Below, piece after piece: positions 6,516 to 15,740 of a stretch of 30,000 nucleotides of DNA. Every line of letters begins with the position of its first letter. Position 1 is the first letter of the stretch. A program made the position numbers and the translations under genes. The notes below the pieces were generated by a model that saw only the letters and a program-made list of their open reading frames with translations, was not told where the DNA came from and ran no database searches. This DNA comes from Pseudomonadota bacterium (GTDB lineage: Bacteria > Pseudomonadota > Gammaproteobacteria > Burkholderiales > Burkholderiaceae_C): positions 1 to 30,000 of the forward strand of contig JAEZZU010000064.1 in NCBI GenBank assembly GCA_023418355.1, written 5' to 3'.

Positions 6516-8540
6516 TTATCGTGTTACAACAACCATGTCCACGATATCACCCACACCAGGATACGTTAATTGCAAAATTGTTACTGCGTTAGCAGTAGTT
6601 GCTATTTCTGTATCATTTAGTGCTCCATAAGACGCATCTAGTGTAACCGTGTGTCCCGTTGTATCTTGAATCAAATAAATCATTGCTGAAAACGCTTTAG
6701 GTTTTGTAGAGCCAGTGACACCAGGCCATGCTCCAACTGTTAAAGCATCGGTTACTGTAACAACATACATATTGGAAGTTCCAGAAGGAGTCCAAGATGC
6801 TCCAGAGTTGCCAGTAGTTGTTTCAAGTTCCATGAAACCTGCTGTAACTCTAGTTGGTGTTATAGCTTCCGTAGGATCTGATCCTGATATTTCAATCCAG
6901 TTCCCATCAGAACGACCATACGTCAAGCCGTCTTGAGGGGCTTCTGGTATACTAGGAAGAGTTCCTATAAGTGTCCAAGTAGAAGAATCTGTTTTCTTGA
7001 ACACTGCTCCAGTAGTAGTATTGAAGGCGTAATCATTGATAACACCGTCTCCTGCGACTGGATTAGTTGTTGCTACAAACCACTGTGCGCCGTCCTTACC
7101 GTTGGTCCCATCAGTACCGTTGGTTCCGTTTGTTCCAGGATCACCCTTATCTCCTTTATCCCCTTTTTCACCTTTGTCGCCTTTAATGCTTCCCATGTCA
7201 ACAAAAGATGCGGAATTGGTGTCTTGATCGTAGGTATAGATGTAAAGATTACTGGTGTCTTCAGTTAAGTAGGCATCACCATAGTTATTATAAACAGGGA
7301 GAGCTTCACTGTTCGGAACATGACCTTTAGCTGTAATTGATGTTCCTCCAAGACTGCCAACATTCATCCATTCTGTAGCACCTTGAACCCAAACATACAA
7401 ATCATTATTAATTTTATATGCATCACCTACTTCTCCAGTAGGAGGAAGTTCAGCTTCACTGTTCAGAACCCCGATAATCTCTAAGCCTGATCCTGTTGCA
7501 CCCACTGGTCCTTGTGGACCTAGTTCACCTTGTGGACCTCGCTCTCCTTGATCACCCTTGTCTCCTTTTGGACCTTTAAGTGAGGCAATAAAATCTACTT
7601 CTGTCCCTTCATTACCAGCATCCAGCCAACTTTGATATGCAGATTTCCCTTCATCTCCATCTGTGCCATCTAGACCGTCTTTTCCTGCCTCGCCTTGTGG
7701 ACCTTGAGGACCAACAATATTACCCATGTTGACCCAAGCTGTCCCATTAGAGACATAAAGATTACCATTGATAGAATAAGCTTGGCTTACGTTTTCAGAG
7801 TTAGGTTGTGGTAAGTTACTTGTAGAAGGCAAATCTCCACGATAATCAAAACCGTTGGCGTTAACACCAGGTGCTCCCTGTGGCCCTGTAGGACCAACAT
7901 CGCCTTTATCACCTTTTATAGAGGTAAGAAAATCATAAACAGATCCTGTATTACCATCTGCCAACCATACCTCGTAAGCTGATTTACCTTCTGGCCCAAG
8001 AGAAGAAATAAGTTTCCAAACAGAACCATCCCAAGCGTAGATTACATCACCTACGATATAACCATCCCCTGCAACGTTACCTGTGGATGGTAGTTCACTA
8101 GTGCTTGCTAATGATCCTTTAATATTAAGTTGAGCACCAGTATCCCCTTTCAAAGAAGCAAGCCATTGTGCTTCTGTTCCAACAAAACCATTATCAAGTG
8201 CGATCTGATAAGCCGATTTACCAGCTTCAGGTATTGTTTCCGACAGATCATCAATCTGTTGCTGCATTGCCGTAAACTTGGCATTGATAATTGCTATATC
8301 ATCAGCGGTCCCAACATTTTGCCATGCAAGGGAAGAAACACCACCTGTGGTGGCTGGCGTAGAGTTTGCTGGAACCACTTTAGGAAAAGTTCCTTTCCAT
8401 TGGTAATAATTCCCTTCTGCTGCTAACAGCAAAACTTCACGGGAATTACGTAATGTAAAACCTGCCTCAAAGCTGCGACGTTTTCGATAAGTAGCTTCTA
8501 CCAGATCGGCTATCGCACTATTAGGTCTTGTTAAATTCAT
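6516..8540 (-). CDS. Tail fibre protein with four collagen-like Gly-X-Y tracts and a repeated module architecture
   Basis: AGGAGAG RBS. The GXY runs are GDKGDVGPTGPQGAPG, GPQGPQGEAGKDGLDGTDGDEG, GPKGDKGDQGERGPQGELGPQGPVGATG and GDKGEKGDKGDKGDPGTNGTNGTDGTNGKDG. A GKSAY-x-x-WL...F-x-x-S-L/I-KG motif occurs three times. Confidence 0.85.
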   Translation of the reverse strand: MNLTRPNSAIADLVEATYRKRRSFEAGFTLRNSREVLLLAAEGNYYQWKGTFPKVVPANSTPATTGGVSSLAWQNVGTADDIAIINAKFTAMQQQIDDLSETIPEAGKSAYQIALDNGFVGTEAQWLASLKGDTGAQLNIKGSLASTSELPSTGNVAGDGYIVGDVIYAWDGSVWKLISSLGPEGKSAYEVWLADGNTGSVYDFLTSIKGDKGDVGPTGPQGAPGVNANGFDYRGDLPSTSNLPQPNSENVSQAYSINGNLYVSNGTAWVNMGNIVGPQGPQGEAGKDGLDGTDGDEGKSAYQSWLDAGNEGTEVDFIASLKGPKGDKGDQGERGPQGELGPQGPVGATGSGLEIIGVLNSEAELPPTGEVGDAYKINNDLYVWVQGATEWMNVGSLGGTSITAKGHVPNSEALPVYNNYGDAYLTEDTSNLYIYTYDQDTNSASFVDMGSIKGDKGEKGDKGDKGDPGTNGTNGTDGTNGKDGAQWFVATTNPVAGDGVINDYAFNTTTGAVFKKTDSSTWTLIGTLPSIPEAPQDGLTYGRSDGNWIEISGSDPTEAITPTRVTAGFMELETTTGNSGASWTPSGTSNMYVVTVTDALTVGAWPGVTGSTKPKAFSAMIYLIQDTTGHTVTLDASYGALNDTEIATTANAVTILQLTYPGVGDIVDMVVVTR
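7089..7916 (-). repeat. Coding repeat region: collagen-like GXY tracts (7866-7916, 7647-7712, 7488-7577, 7089-7184) interleaved with repeated globular modules
   Basis: Read directly from the translation of 6516..8540. The triplet-periodic GGN-NNN-NNN DNA is visible on the minus strand. Confidence 0.85.
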
Positions 8541-8576
8541 TTATCTCTCCTATCATTAGACCATTCTATTGGAAGA

Positions 8577-8595
8577 AGAGGGGGAATCCCCCTCT
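8577..8595 (-). terminator. GC-rich hairpin between the tailspike and the collagen-like fibre gene (weak terminator or RNA-stability element)
   Basis: AGAGGGGG-AAT/ATT-CCCCCTCT. On the minus strand it is followed by TCTTCC, which is a poor U-tract. Confidence 0.35.
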
Positions 8596-8601
8596 ATTCC
8601 A

Positions 8602-11600
8602 TTAGGTTGTTGGCACATCTACTACTGGCGTTGGGCGAATAACCGCAGTATTACCTACAGAAACATTACTGGAATCATTAGGTATGGTTTTAATTCTAAC
8701 TCCAGCACTTGTAGGCGTTACAATTGGATCTGCAATGTCTATTTTAACTGGGTTAGTCCACGTATCATTATCTTGATAAGGTGCACGAGTAATAACTGTG
8801 TCCAAATCTGCTCCACCTACGCCAGCACCAGGAATACGAATACGTGTCCCTGCTGACAGAGGGTAATGATACAACCAAGAAGCATTTGTTGCTGTCCCGT
8901 TAGGAGTCAAGTTCTGTGTCAGGAAGGTATCTCCTGCCTGTGTAGCTCGAATACCGAAAGCTGGGATATCTGGAATATATGCCCCACTTGTTGTTACAAG
9001 GAAGAACGTATTATCCGCCTTGACTATCATATCACCTTTGTCAAACTCTTTCCCTGTTGGGAAATGCATTCCATCAATGTTTCGACTAGGATTAGGCTCT
9101 AAGTAATAAACTTTGCCCGTTGTCCCTACAATAGCTCCAATACCACCTGCGATATTGGTATACATATTAGCTTCAACATTACAGTTGACACGATGAATAT
9201 CCGAGTAACGGCAACGGCTCCACTGTGGACGACCAGTAACCATCGTCTTGCCATCTGGGTAACAGTTTACGTTAACCATTTCAAGAACAGATTTTTCTCT
9301 ACGGAAGAATCCATCATAAAATGTCCCTGGACCAGATTCAGGTTGACCAACACAATCGAAGATATTACAGGTGATGTTAGACATTGAAAGCCAAGAAGCT
9401 ACACCGAACAACTGCAACGCAGCACAACGGATATTCTCAAAGCTGACTCTGTTTTCATAACCTGGCCCAGCGGAAACTCCTGCAAAAACACGCCCAGTTT
9501 TGGTGTGAATGTTACGAACAGAATAGTTAAAGCATGGGTTTGAAGGTCTACCCTGTGCCGGAACTACCGGATTACCCTCTTCGTCCAGAACTGCGTTAGT
9601 TCCCCACTCCAAATAAATCATACGGATATTACTTGCAAGTGTGCTACCGTCTGTTTTAGGCTCTCCATAAACACCATCAATCGTAAAATCTTTACTTCCA
9701 TACATTACAACTGCGCCAGTTGCCAAACCTGTCCCAACAGATACGGTTTGATCTGGATCACCATGAATGTTTTCGATAGAGATATTACGACCAACTTCTA
9801 CGTGGACAATCTGACGGCAACGTTTTGCAAAAACGTTACGAATTGTAATATTCTTACAATATTGATCATCAGGGATTCCGTAACCATATGGTCCTTTACC
9901 AGCTACACCAATACCGATACCCCAGTTGGACAGAGGAATAGGAGCATTAGTCCCATCGATATTAGACAGGTAAATATTCTCAATCACACAACCATCGTCA
10001 TAATGTTTATTGATGACGTTCAGTTCTATTGCATCACCTTGCATGTCCATGAAGGTAAGGTTACGGAAGACACCACGTGTTACTGGTTCCCCTGTTCCTT
10101 GTTGAAGGATGCCATACAACCCGTTTTTAAAAGTACAGTTATCAATTTCAAAAGTACCTGATATTGGGTTGCCTTGGAATACCAAGCTACCAACTTGACC
10201 TGCGCGAGGAGCACCGTCCCACAAACAATCGAACATGCGCACAGCACCACCCCAATACATAACACGAGAGTTACGGAAAGTTGTGCCTTCTACCGTAGCA
10301 TTTTGCACACGATAGTCGCGTTGACCACGGAACACACCCCCACGCAAAGTGATACCTTGAATATCAAAAGAGCTTGTCGTGAAAGTCATATCGCAACCGT
10401 AAGCATCGAGAATCTTACTTTTCGAAGCTTTTGCTGCTAACAGTGCCGCCTGGAAAGCTGCTTCTGGTGTGGTATAGGTAGTTGTATTGTTAGCAAATTC
10501 TGACAAGTAGACAACATCGAATAAATCGTTGTATGTTCCACCACGAGGGGTTAACAGTCCTTCCGTATTAGTTAGAACCCATGCGTTTGGACCTAATCCA
10601 CCGCTTGTCTCCAATGTATCAGAAGCCAAAATACTTTTTGGTAAACTTCCAGCCCAACGATAACGACCAGCACCACGTCCAATCGTCTGATTTTTAGCTG
10701 TCAGAGTTACATTATTACCAAAGCTTGTAGGCAAATGAACAAACTGTCCACGTTCAACAGCTAGTGCAGAAAGATCTACAGACCCTCCAGAATAAGTCAT
10801 TACTCCAGAAACAGACAAAGATGTTAAAGTTCCTGTGATGTTAGGAGGTAATGTGTAGGAAGACTGTGCTACCGGATCATACAGAGCTTTAATCCCTGTT
10901 AACGATTGACCTGCTGTTGCGTAAGCCACCTCATCATCTAACAAACCATATTTACGAGCAATAGTTTGCAGAGGGACTTTATCCATGCTTTCTGTTAGTT
11001 CTTCCGTTTTTGTTTCTAAACTAACAAGACGGTTCTCTAGATTAGGATCTGTATCTGCTGAAGCTACGATTTTACCAATATAAGCGAAAAGCTTGTTTGG
11101 CAGTCCTGTTGCAGGATCGTGTCCCAAAGGTTCAGATAAGATGATCTTACTATCTTCTATACGGAAAGCTTCCCCCAGAACCTGAATAACACCATTGATC
11201 GTAACAATAGCACTATCAAAGATGTAAGGAGGACTGATTACTGTTTCATAACCAGTTGCACCAGAATATACCCAAGGTGTGACTTCTGTTGCCAATTGTT
11301 CTGTCTTCAATCCCCACAATACCCAGTTGTTATCTCCTACTGGAGTACCTTGCATAGGGATTGGGTTTACCAATGTAGCATTAGGAGCATAATAATAACC
11401 GCTCAATACCCCATTCTGAAAATAACGTAGTTGGTTAAAAACCGTTTCATTTGTGCCTTGCGCCCAATCCAATGGGCTTTTAAAGAAAAAGTTATCAACA
11501 AGGGCTTTTCTCAGGGTTGGTATCAACCCTGATTCTGTCTCAATACTTTCTGTCGCACTTCCATTAATAACATCATGAAGTTGATTAGACGAGAAAATAA

Positions 11601-11655
11601 CCAGATCTACGCCCTGTTCAAGAGACGTTGCTGGATACGTTGGGAATGTTGCCAT
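8602..11655 (-). CDS. Tailspike protein with a right-handed parallel beta-helix (pectate-lyase-fold-like), putative polysaccharide depolymerase
   Basis: AAGGGG RBS. The central region carries serial beta-helix-type rungs: VFRNLTFMDMQGDAIELN, VIENIYLSNIDG, ITIRNVFAKRCRQIVHVEVGRNISIENIHG, YSVRNIHTKTG, VSFENIRCAAL, MSNITCNIFDC and IHRVNCNVEAN. Its size and position in the fibre cluster fit this call. Confidence 0.65.
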   Translation of the reverse strand: MATFPTYPATSLEQGVDLVIFSSNQLHDVINGSATESIETESGLIPTLRKALVDNFFFKSPLDWAQGTNETVFNQLRYFQNGVLSGYYYAPNATLVNPIPMQGTPVGDNNWVLWGLKTEQLATEVTPWVYSGATGYETVISPPYIFDSAIVTINGVIQVLGEAFRIEDSKIILSEPLGHDPATGLPNKLFAYIGKIVASADTDPNLENRLVSLETKTEELTESMDKVPLQTIARKYGLLDDEVAYATAGQSLTGIKALYDPVAQSSYTLPPNITGTLTSLSVSGVMTYSGGSVDLSALAVERGQFVHLPTSFGNNVTLTAKNQTIGRGAGRYRWAGSLPKSILASDTLETSGGLGPNAWVLTNTEGLLTPRGGTYNDLFDVVYLSEFANNTTTYTTPEAAFQAALLAAKASKSKILDAYGCDMTFTTSSFDIQGITLRGGVFRGQRDYRVQNATVEGTTFRNSRVMYWGGAVRMFDCLWDGAPRAGQVGSLVFQGNPISGTFEIDNCTFKNGLYGILQQGTGEPVTRGVFRNLTFMDMQGDAIELNVINKHYDDGCVIENIYLSNIDGTNAPIPLSNWGIGIGVAGKGPYGYGIPDDQYCKNITIRNVFAKRCRQIVHVEVGRNISIENIHGDPDQTVSVGTGLATGAVVMYGSKDFTIDGVYGEPKTDGSTLASNIRMIYLEWGTNAVLDEEGNPVVPAQGRPSNPCFNYSVRNIHTKTGRVFAGVSAGPGYENRVSFENIRCAALQLFGVASWLSMSNITCNIFDCVGQPESGPGTFYDGFFRREKSVLEMVNVNCYPDGKTMVTGRPQWSRCRYSDIHRVNCNVEANMYTNIAGGIGAIVGTTGKVYYLEPNPSRNIDGMHFPTGKEFDKGDMIVKADNTFFLVTTSGAYIPDIPAFGIRATQAGDTFLTQNLTPNGTATNASWLYHYPLSAGTRIRIPGAGVGGADLDTVITRAPYQDNDTWTNPVKIDIADPIVTPTSAGVRIKTIPNDSSNVSVGNTAVIRPTPVVDVPTT

Positions 11656-11658
11656 TAA

Positions 11659-11994
11659 TTACCCCTTATTCTGTGTACGTTTAACTATGTCATCTAGCAT
11701 CATTTGGATAGTCGCATTCTTGAGGTCCATAATCTTTTCAATTTTTTGCTCAAGAGTGTTATTATTTGCCATTAATGTAGAGTTAATTTGATTTAGCATC
11801 TGGGTAAGTTCGGCTTTAGTTGCATAAGTTGATTCAACAAAGACCAACTTCTTCTCTAGCTCTCGACTTTTCTCCTCCATTTCCTCAAGATCAGAGCCGA
11901 ATTTATCCATTTTTTGTTTGAAAAAGAACCAGATGACTCCGATTAAAGGGATTATTGCATCCTTTGCAAGTCCCCATGCTTCTTGAAATTCCAT
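11659..11994 (-). CDS. Small protein with an N-terminal transmembrane-like segment and a coiled-coil (111 aa), function unknown
   Basis: AAGGGA RBS. A hydrophobic stretch AIIPLIGVIWFFF is followed by heptad-like charged sequence (EEMEEKSRELEKKLVFVES...LEQKIEKIMDLK). The stop is TAATTAATG before the tailspike start. Confidence 0.6.
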   Translation of the reverse strand: MEFQEAWGLAKDAIIPLIGVIWFFFKQKMDKFGSDLEEMEEKSRELEKKLVFVESTYATKAELTQMLNQINSTLMANNNTLEQKIEKIMDLKNATIQMMLDDIVKRTQNKG

Positions 11995-12003
11995 AATGAT
12001 CCC

Positions 12004-12549
12004 TTATTCCGTTGGTAATGTAGGCCAATCTATAGTGTAAGGATAGTCTTTTTGAAGCGGAACACGGTTTAGTTTAACCACGTAAACTTGAAGATTTTTA
12101 AGATAAGCTAATTCATCTTCAGTAGCCATTTCTAAATCTTTAGCATACTGTAAAGGTGTTATAAGTGCTACCGCTGTTTCTTGTAAAGAGCGAATTTTTG
12201 CACTAGCTTGTGTCATCAACTCTTCACGGGAATACTCTTTATCCTTAAGAGTTAAGGTTTCTAAATCCAGAACCTTGTTCCTAATATCCTCAAAAGTATC
12301 TATGTTAAAGTCCACTTGTGCTATAGAAAGATCTTCAGGGCAAAGTAATGTAGGATCAGTGTTCCAAAACACAATACGATTTTGATCGTCAAAAACGACT
12401 TTCATTTTATCGTTATTGAATTCTGTGCTACGTAAATCATACCAATCGTAACCTTGATCGCAACGAAGAAAAAGAATGTTCTCTACTTCTACCAATTCTT
12501 TTAGTTCGGGATCTTCGGGAATATATCTTTTAAAATTTGTAAATATCAT
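12004..12549 (-). CDS. Tail fibre assembly protein (Tfa-type chaperone)
   Basis: GGAGG RBS, immediately after the fibre gene (TAAATG). The C-terminal signature ...ELAYLKNLQVYVVKLNRVPLQKDYPYTIDWPTLP matches the W/Y...L.RVD......WP..P ending of lambda Tfa / P2 G / Mu U type chaperones. Confidence 0.7.
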   Translation of the reverse strand: MIFTNFKRYIPEDPELKELVEVENILFLRCDQGYDWYDLRSTEFNNDKMKVVFDDQNRIVFWNTDPTLLCPEDLSIAQVDFNIDTFEDIRNKVLDLETLTLKDKEYSREELMTQASAKIRSLQETAVALITPLQYAKDLEMATEDELAYLKNLQVYVVKLNRVPLQKDYPYTIDWPTLPTE

Positions 12550-13611
12550 TTAGCCTCCAATATCGTACCAGTTTCCATTAACGTTGCGCTGGAGGCGTTT
12601 GAAGTAAACCCCACCGATGTTATCCGCAGAGCTACGTCCTGTTTCCTGTACGATAATACCAGAAAGAACATAACCAGAAGAACAGATATAAGTCCAAGAA
12701 ACCTCGTTCCCTGGTGGATAATACACACCTTGGCTAGTATAACGAATATCTCTTACAAAGGTTCCGTTAGCATAGTTGTAGTTATTTGTAATCTGACTTT
12801 GATGATTACTTTCTACATTGTTTATACGAGAAGAGAGGTTGTTGTTAACATTATTCAAGTTGTTTTGAACAGTGTTAATATTCGTCTGCAATGTGTTCTG
12901 AAGGGAAGTCAAACGAGAGTTCAGATAATCTAAACGAACTAAAGCATTTCCGTTAGAAGTGTCTTGTCCACTGTTTGATCTTGGATTATCTATTAGAACA
13001 TAACCTGCATCATATAAACGAACACCTGCCGATACACTACCTGTGCTAGGATTTCTACGATAGATGTAAAGCTGACCTCCGCTTTGATACTCGGCAGAAA
13101 TCTCGCCATTTGTTTGTCCTGCAAAGTTTTTGAAGAACAGTGTTGCAGGATCTGTTGTGGAAGTACCGTTAACATAAACATCACCACCATAAATAGCACC
13201 ACCCGCATCACGTTTTACCAACACGTTTGGTGTTACTGTTGAACTAGTGGCATCCGTAATGTTTGCCGACAAGTGATTATGACTGTTATCTTGAACTTGG
13301 ATAGACAAAGTAACTTCTTTGTTACCGTTCCAAGTAGCCTCACCAGTAGCATCACCTGCCATTGTAATCTTAGTTCCCACTAAAGGCAAGTAGGTATTAG
13401 GTAAAGTTGGAAGAAAGTCATCCACCAAATAGCGAATCCATAAACCGATATTATTAAGAATCCAGTTCATTTCTTCGCAAGTCATGATTTGACCATAATC
13501 CATACCAACTGTGCGGATGGTTTCTTTAGGTCTAATTTTGTTTGTGTTTAAAGTTCCTGGGAGCGTTACAGTTTGTGTAGCCCAGTCAGGATAATATATT
13601 GGCTTCGCCAT
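12550..13611 (-). CDS. Tail fibre protein (353 aa)
   Basis: GGAG RBS. The order baseplate, fibre, Tfa is typical. The N-terminus is YYPDWATQTVTLPG...MNWILNNIGLWIRYL. There is an Asn-rich coiled-coil (LQNTLQTNINTVQNNLNNVNNNLSSRINNVESN), and a Tfa gene lies directly downstream. Confidence 0.7.
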   Translation of the reverse strand: MAKPIYYPDWATQTVTLPGTLNTNKIRPKETIRTVGMDYGQIMTCEEMNWILNNIGLWIRYLVDDFLPTLPNTYLPLVGTKITMAGDATGEATWNGNKEVTLSIQVQDNSHNHLSANITDATSSTVTPNVLVKRDAGGAIYGGDVYVNGTSTTDPATLFFKNFAGQTNGEISAEYQSGGQLYIYRRNPSTGSVSAGVRLYDAGYVLIDNPRSNSGQDTSNGNALVRLDYLNSRLTSLQNTLQTNINTVQNNLNNVNNNLSSRINNVESNHQSQITNNYNYANGTFVRDIRYTSQGVYYPPGNEVSWTYICSSGYVLSGIIVQETGRSSADNIGGVYFKRLQRNVNGNWYDIGG

Positions 13612-13620
13612 TTAAACTCC

Positions 13621-14250
13621 TTAATCTATTTGCTTGAGAAGCGTACACATGCGTCCTGTTTCATCCCCAGTAGATTCCATGTACAGGGAACCTAAACCAC
13701 CAATACCGTGAGGCGGTTTGGTAGCATAATAAGAACTAAAACCAAAAGCTGATCCTGCTTTTGCTCCAAGACGGTAGCTACTAATAATGGGAAAAACACT
13801 TAGCAACTGCTCTAAAGCTTGATCAGATTGAAGACACAGGTTGTAGAAAAACACGTCAAAGGTTTTATTCAAACCTACATAAGTATTAAGCGTTTCACGC
13901 TCTGTTCCTGTGAAACGGGCGAAGATATCAATTATGTCACCACGAGTCCCCGATGAGGCTACGCGGTAAGCCCTGATTTTTAATATTGTTCTATACTCTT
14001 CATCATCAGAGCCATTACGTTCGATCCCCATTTCTTCCCCTAGAATATCTAGGTATTTGCCTGTGGCTGTAGAGATCAAGCGGTGTTTAGCAAGATAGAT
14101 CATTGCCTGATCTATCTTTTGCTTTTCACTGGATACGATGTAGAGGAGCTTGACAATGTTAGGAGAAGATTTAAAATCTTCAATCAGAAGGTTTTTAACA
14201 TCTTCATTGATACTGGCCCAAGTTGTTACATGGTCAACACTCACTGCCAT
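13621..14250 (-). CDS. Baseplate/tail protein, DUF2612-like (P2 gpI analogue position)
   Basis: GGAG RBS. IDQAMIYLAKHRLISTATGKYLDILGEEMGIERNGSDDEEYRTILKIRA resembles the DUF2612 pattern (..A.G..LD.iG...g..R....D..yR..i.a). It sits directly after the J-like gene. Confidence 0.5.
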   Translation of the reverse strand: MAVSVDHVTTWASINEDVKNLLIEDFKSSPNIVKLLYIVSSEKQKIDQAMIYLAKHRLISTATGKYLDILGEEMGIERNGSDDEEYRTILKIRAYRVASSGTRGDIIDIFARFTGTERETLNTYVGLNKTFDVFFYNLCLQSDQALEQLLSVFPIISSYRLGAKAGSAFGFSSYYATKPPHGIGGLGSLYMESTGDETGRMCTLLKQID

Positions 14251-14252
14251 TT

Positions 14253-15740
14253 TTACACTCCGTACTCGTAAGAAATGTTATCAAGGTCAAAAGAAGGGAC
14301 AACATTATAAGCAGGAACTATATTATTCTCTGTATATTTACTGTCATCCTCAGTATTAAGTTTAACATAAACACGAAGAGAAGTCAAGCGTCCAAAAGCA
14401 AGTGCTGCATAAATAACACCTTTGATTTGATCGTTCGTTACTGAAGAACCTAACTCAAAGTAAGCTTGCAGGTTTTGTAAAGCTTCTACGATGTTTTGTT
14501 TTTCTGTTCCACTTAAAGTTGTTCCGTTGACAGTTTGATAAACAAGTTTTACGGAATACATAGCAGAAGCACCAGGAGAGAAGCGAATAATTTCTTGTCC
14601 TCCATCTTCTGTTGTAACTGTTATGTTTGTTGTTCCGTGTGTCAAAGTGTTGATTGGTTTGGTTTTATAGATAACATTTGCAATTTCTTCTGCACTGCCA
14701 CCATAAACTATAGTCTGGAAAGTCATAGCTGGAGCATGTTCTTGATCATGTAATGTAGGGTTATCATAAATCTTCACCTTAGTAACACCATCTGTAAGTA
14801 GCAGAGCTTTCACAATAGCTGCTCGTGTCCCTGCGTTAGCTTCGTCAACGTTGTCATTGAAACGAGAGCGGAATTCTGCGTCTGTCTCAACATCGCGACC
14901 AGGGGAAAATGAATAGAAGTTACCACTATCAAGATAACCTGTAAAGGTAGAAGATATTCCTGTAATAGACTCCACACCAACAGGATTGTATCCTTTCTCT
15001 GCTGCAACTACCGGAATCTCACTCCACTTGGTTCCAACCGGAACACTAGCATAAAATTTAATAGGAGTTACCAGCCCCACTGGAGTATCACTGGTTAAAG
15101 AAGTAAAACCAATTGATAAGTTACCTGAATCAGAAAATACAAGACTACGATCAGCTTCTGTTAAATTCGCCTTGATAAAAGTTTCAAGATCGGTTATAAA
15201 TGTAGAAGAACCAGGTGCAAGTGTTTTACTGTTTAGTCCTCCATCCACCGCACTTTGTGCATAAAAAGTAATATTTGGAACACCTGTAGCAGTTGCATTA
15301 GCACGAGAAATTTGATAAGCTGCAATCTTAGCATTCAACATAGTTGGTGTGCTAACATAGTAGTTCATATCGCTATCAGAGTTGAAGTAAATATCTGTGC
15401 CTAACTCGTAAGTCCAAGCTGCTTTGTTATTACTTTTAACATATGCATAACCTGTACTTGCTGCTGCCCCTGCTCGATAGAAACCACGTTTAGAAAAGAT
15501 TTCGTCAAGATAAATACCTTCTGCACCATCCAGTGTTTGAGTATTATAAACCCCTTGCATACCTTCCCACAATGTGTAATCTGTGTATGCAATTATTCTA
15601 AACAGTTGTCCGATCACAGTATCTTCCGAAGTGGCTGCATCTGCACCAAATGTGTTTTTTACTGCTGTCATGTAGTTGTTTAAAACATCGTCAAAAGTCG
15701 GGATTACAAATCCCGCATCTGTCAAACCATATTCGTCCAT
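14253..15740 (-). CDS. Baseplate J-like protein (P2 gpJ / T4 gp6 class wedge protein)
   Basis: The N-terminus YGLTDAGFVIPTFDDVLNNYMTAVKNTFGADAATSEDTVIGQLFRIIAY is typical of Baseplate_J proteins. Its size and its position upstream of the gpI-like and fibre genes agree. Confidence 0.6.
   Translation of the reverse strand: MDEYGLTDAGFVIPTFDDVLNNYMTAVKNTFGADAATSEDTVIGQLFRIIAYTDYTLWEGMQGVYNTQTLDGAEGIYLDEIFSKRGFYRAGAAASTGYAYVKSNNKAAWTYELGTDIYFNSDSDMNYYVSTPTMLNAKIAAYQISRANATATGVPNITFYAQSAVDGGLNSKTLAPGSSTFITDLETFIKANLTEADRSLVFSDSGNLSIGFTSLTSDTPVGLVTPIKFYASVPVGTKWSEIPVVAAEKGYNPVGVESITGISSTFTGYLDSGNFYSFSPGRDVETDAEFRSRFNDNVDEANAGTRAAIVKALLLTDGVTKVKIYDNPTLHDQEHAPAMTFQTIVYGGSAEEIANVIYKTKPINTLTHGTTNITVTTEDGGQEIIRFSPGASAMYSVKLVYQTVNGTTLSGTEKQNIVEALQNLQAYFELGSSVTNDQIKGVIYAALAFGRLTSLRVYVKLNTEDDSKYTENNIVPAYNVVPSFDLDNISYEYGV

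Noticed and set aside
7089-7916. Periodic DNA repeats considered as a CRISPR array, or as a variable region of a diversity-generating retroelement
   Set aside because: The periodicity is 3 or 9 nt and is fully explained by in-frame Gly-X-Y coding. There are no 25-40-nt direct repeats with unique spacers. The window contains no reverse transcriptase gene and no template-repeat copy.
9748-10161. 137-aa + strand ORF inside the 1017-aa tailspike gene. Similar antisense ORFs occur at 16880..17305, 6933..7268, 6023..6316, 8130..8426 and 22952..23272.
   Set aside because: All are fully nested antisense to long minus-strand genes that have clear RBSs and domain motifs. None has a Shine-Dalgarno sequence or a recognisable motif. 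I treat them as chance open frames.
11659-11994. i-spanin/o-spanin lysis pair
   Set aside because: The TM + coiled-coil layout suggested an i-spanin. Hand translation of the two alternative frames gave only peptides of about 24 aa or fewer with no lipobox (L-x-x-C) signal peptide. No endolysin or holin genes are adjacent.
12546-13211. Same-strand out-of-frame ORFs (12546..12728 and 12993..13211) within the tail fibre gene
   Set aside because: They are short, nested in the 353-aa fibre ORF, and have neither an RBS nor a slippery site that would link them to it. They are hydrophobic or odd-composition products typical of off-frame translation.
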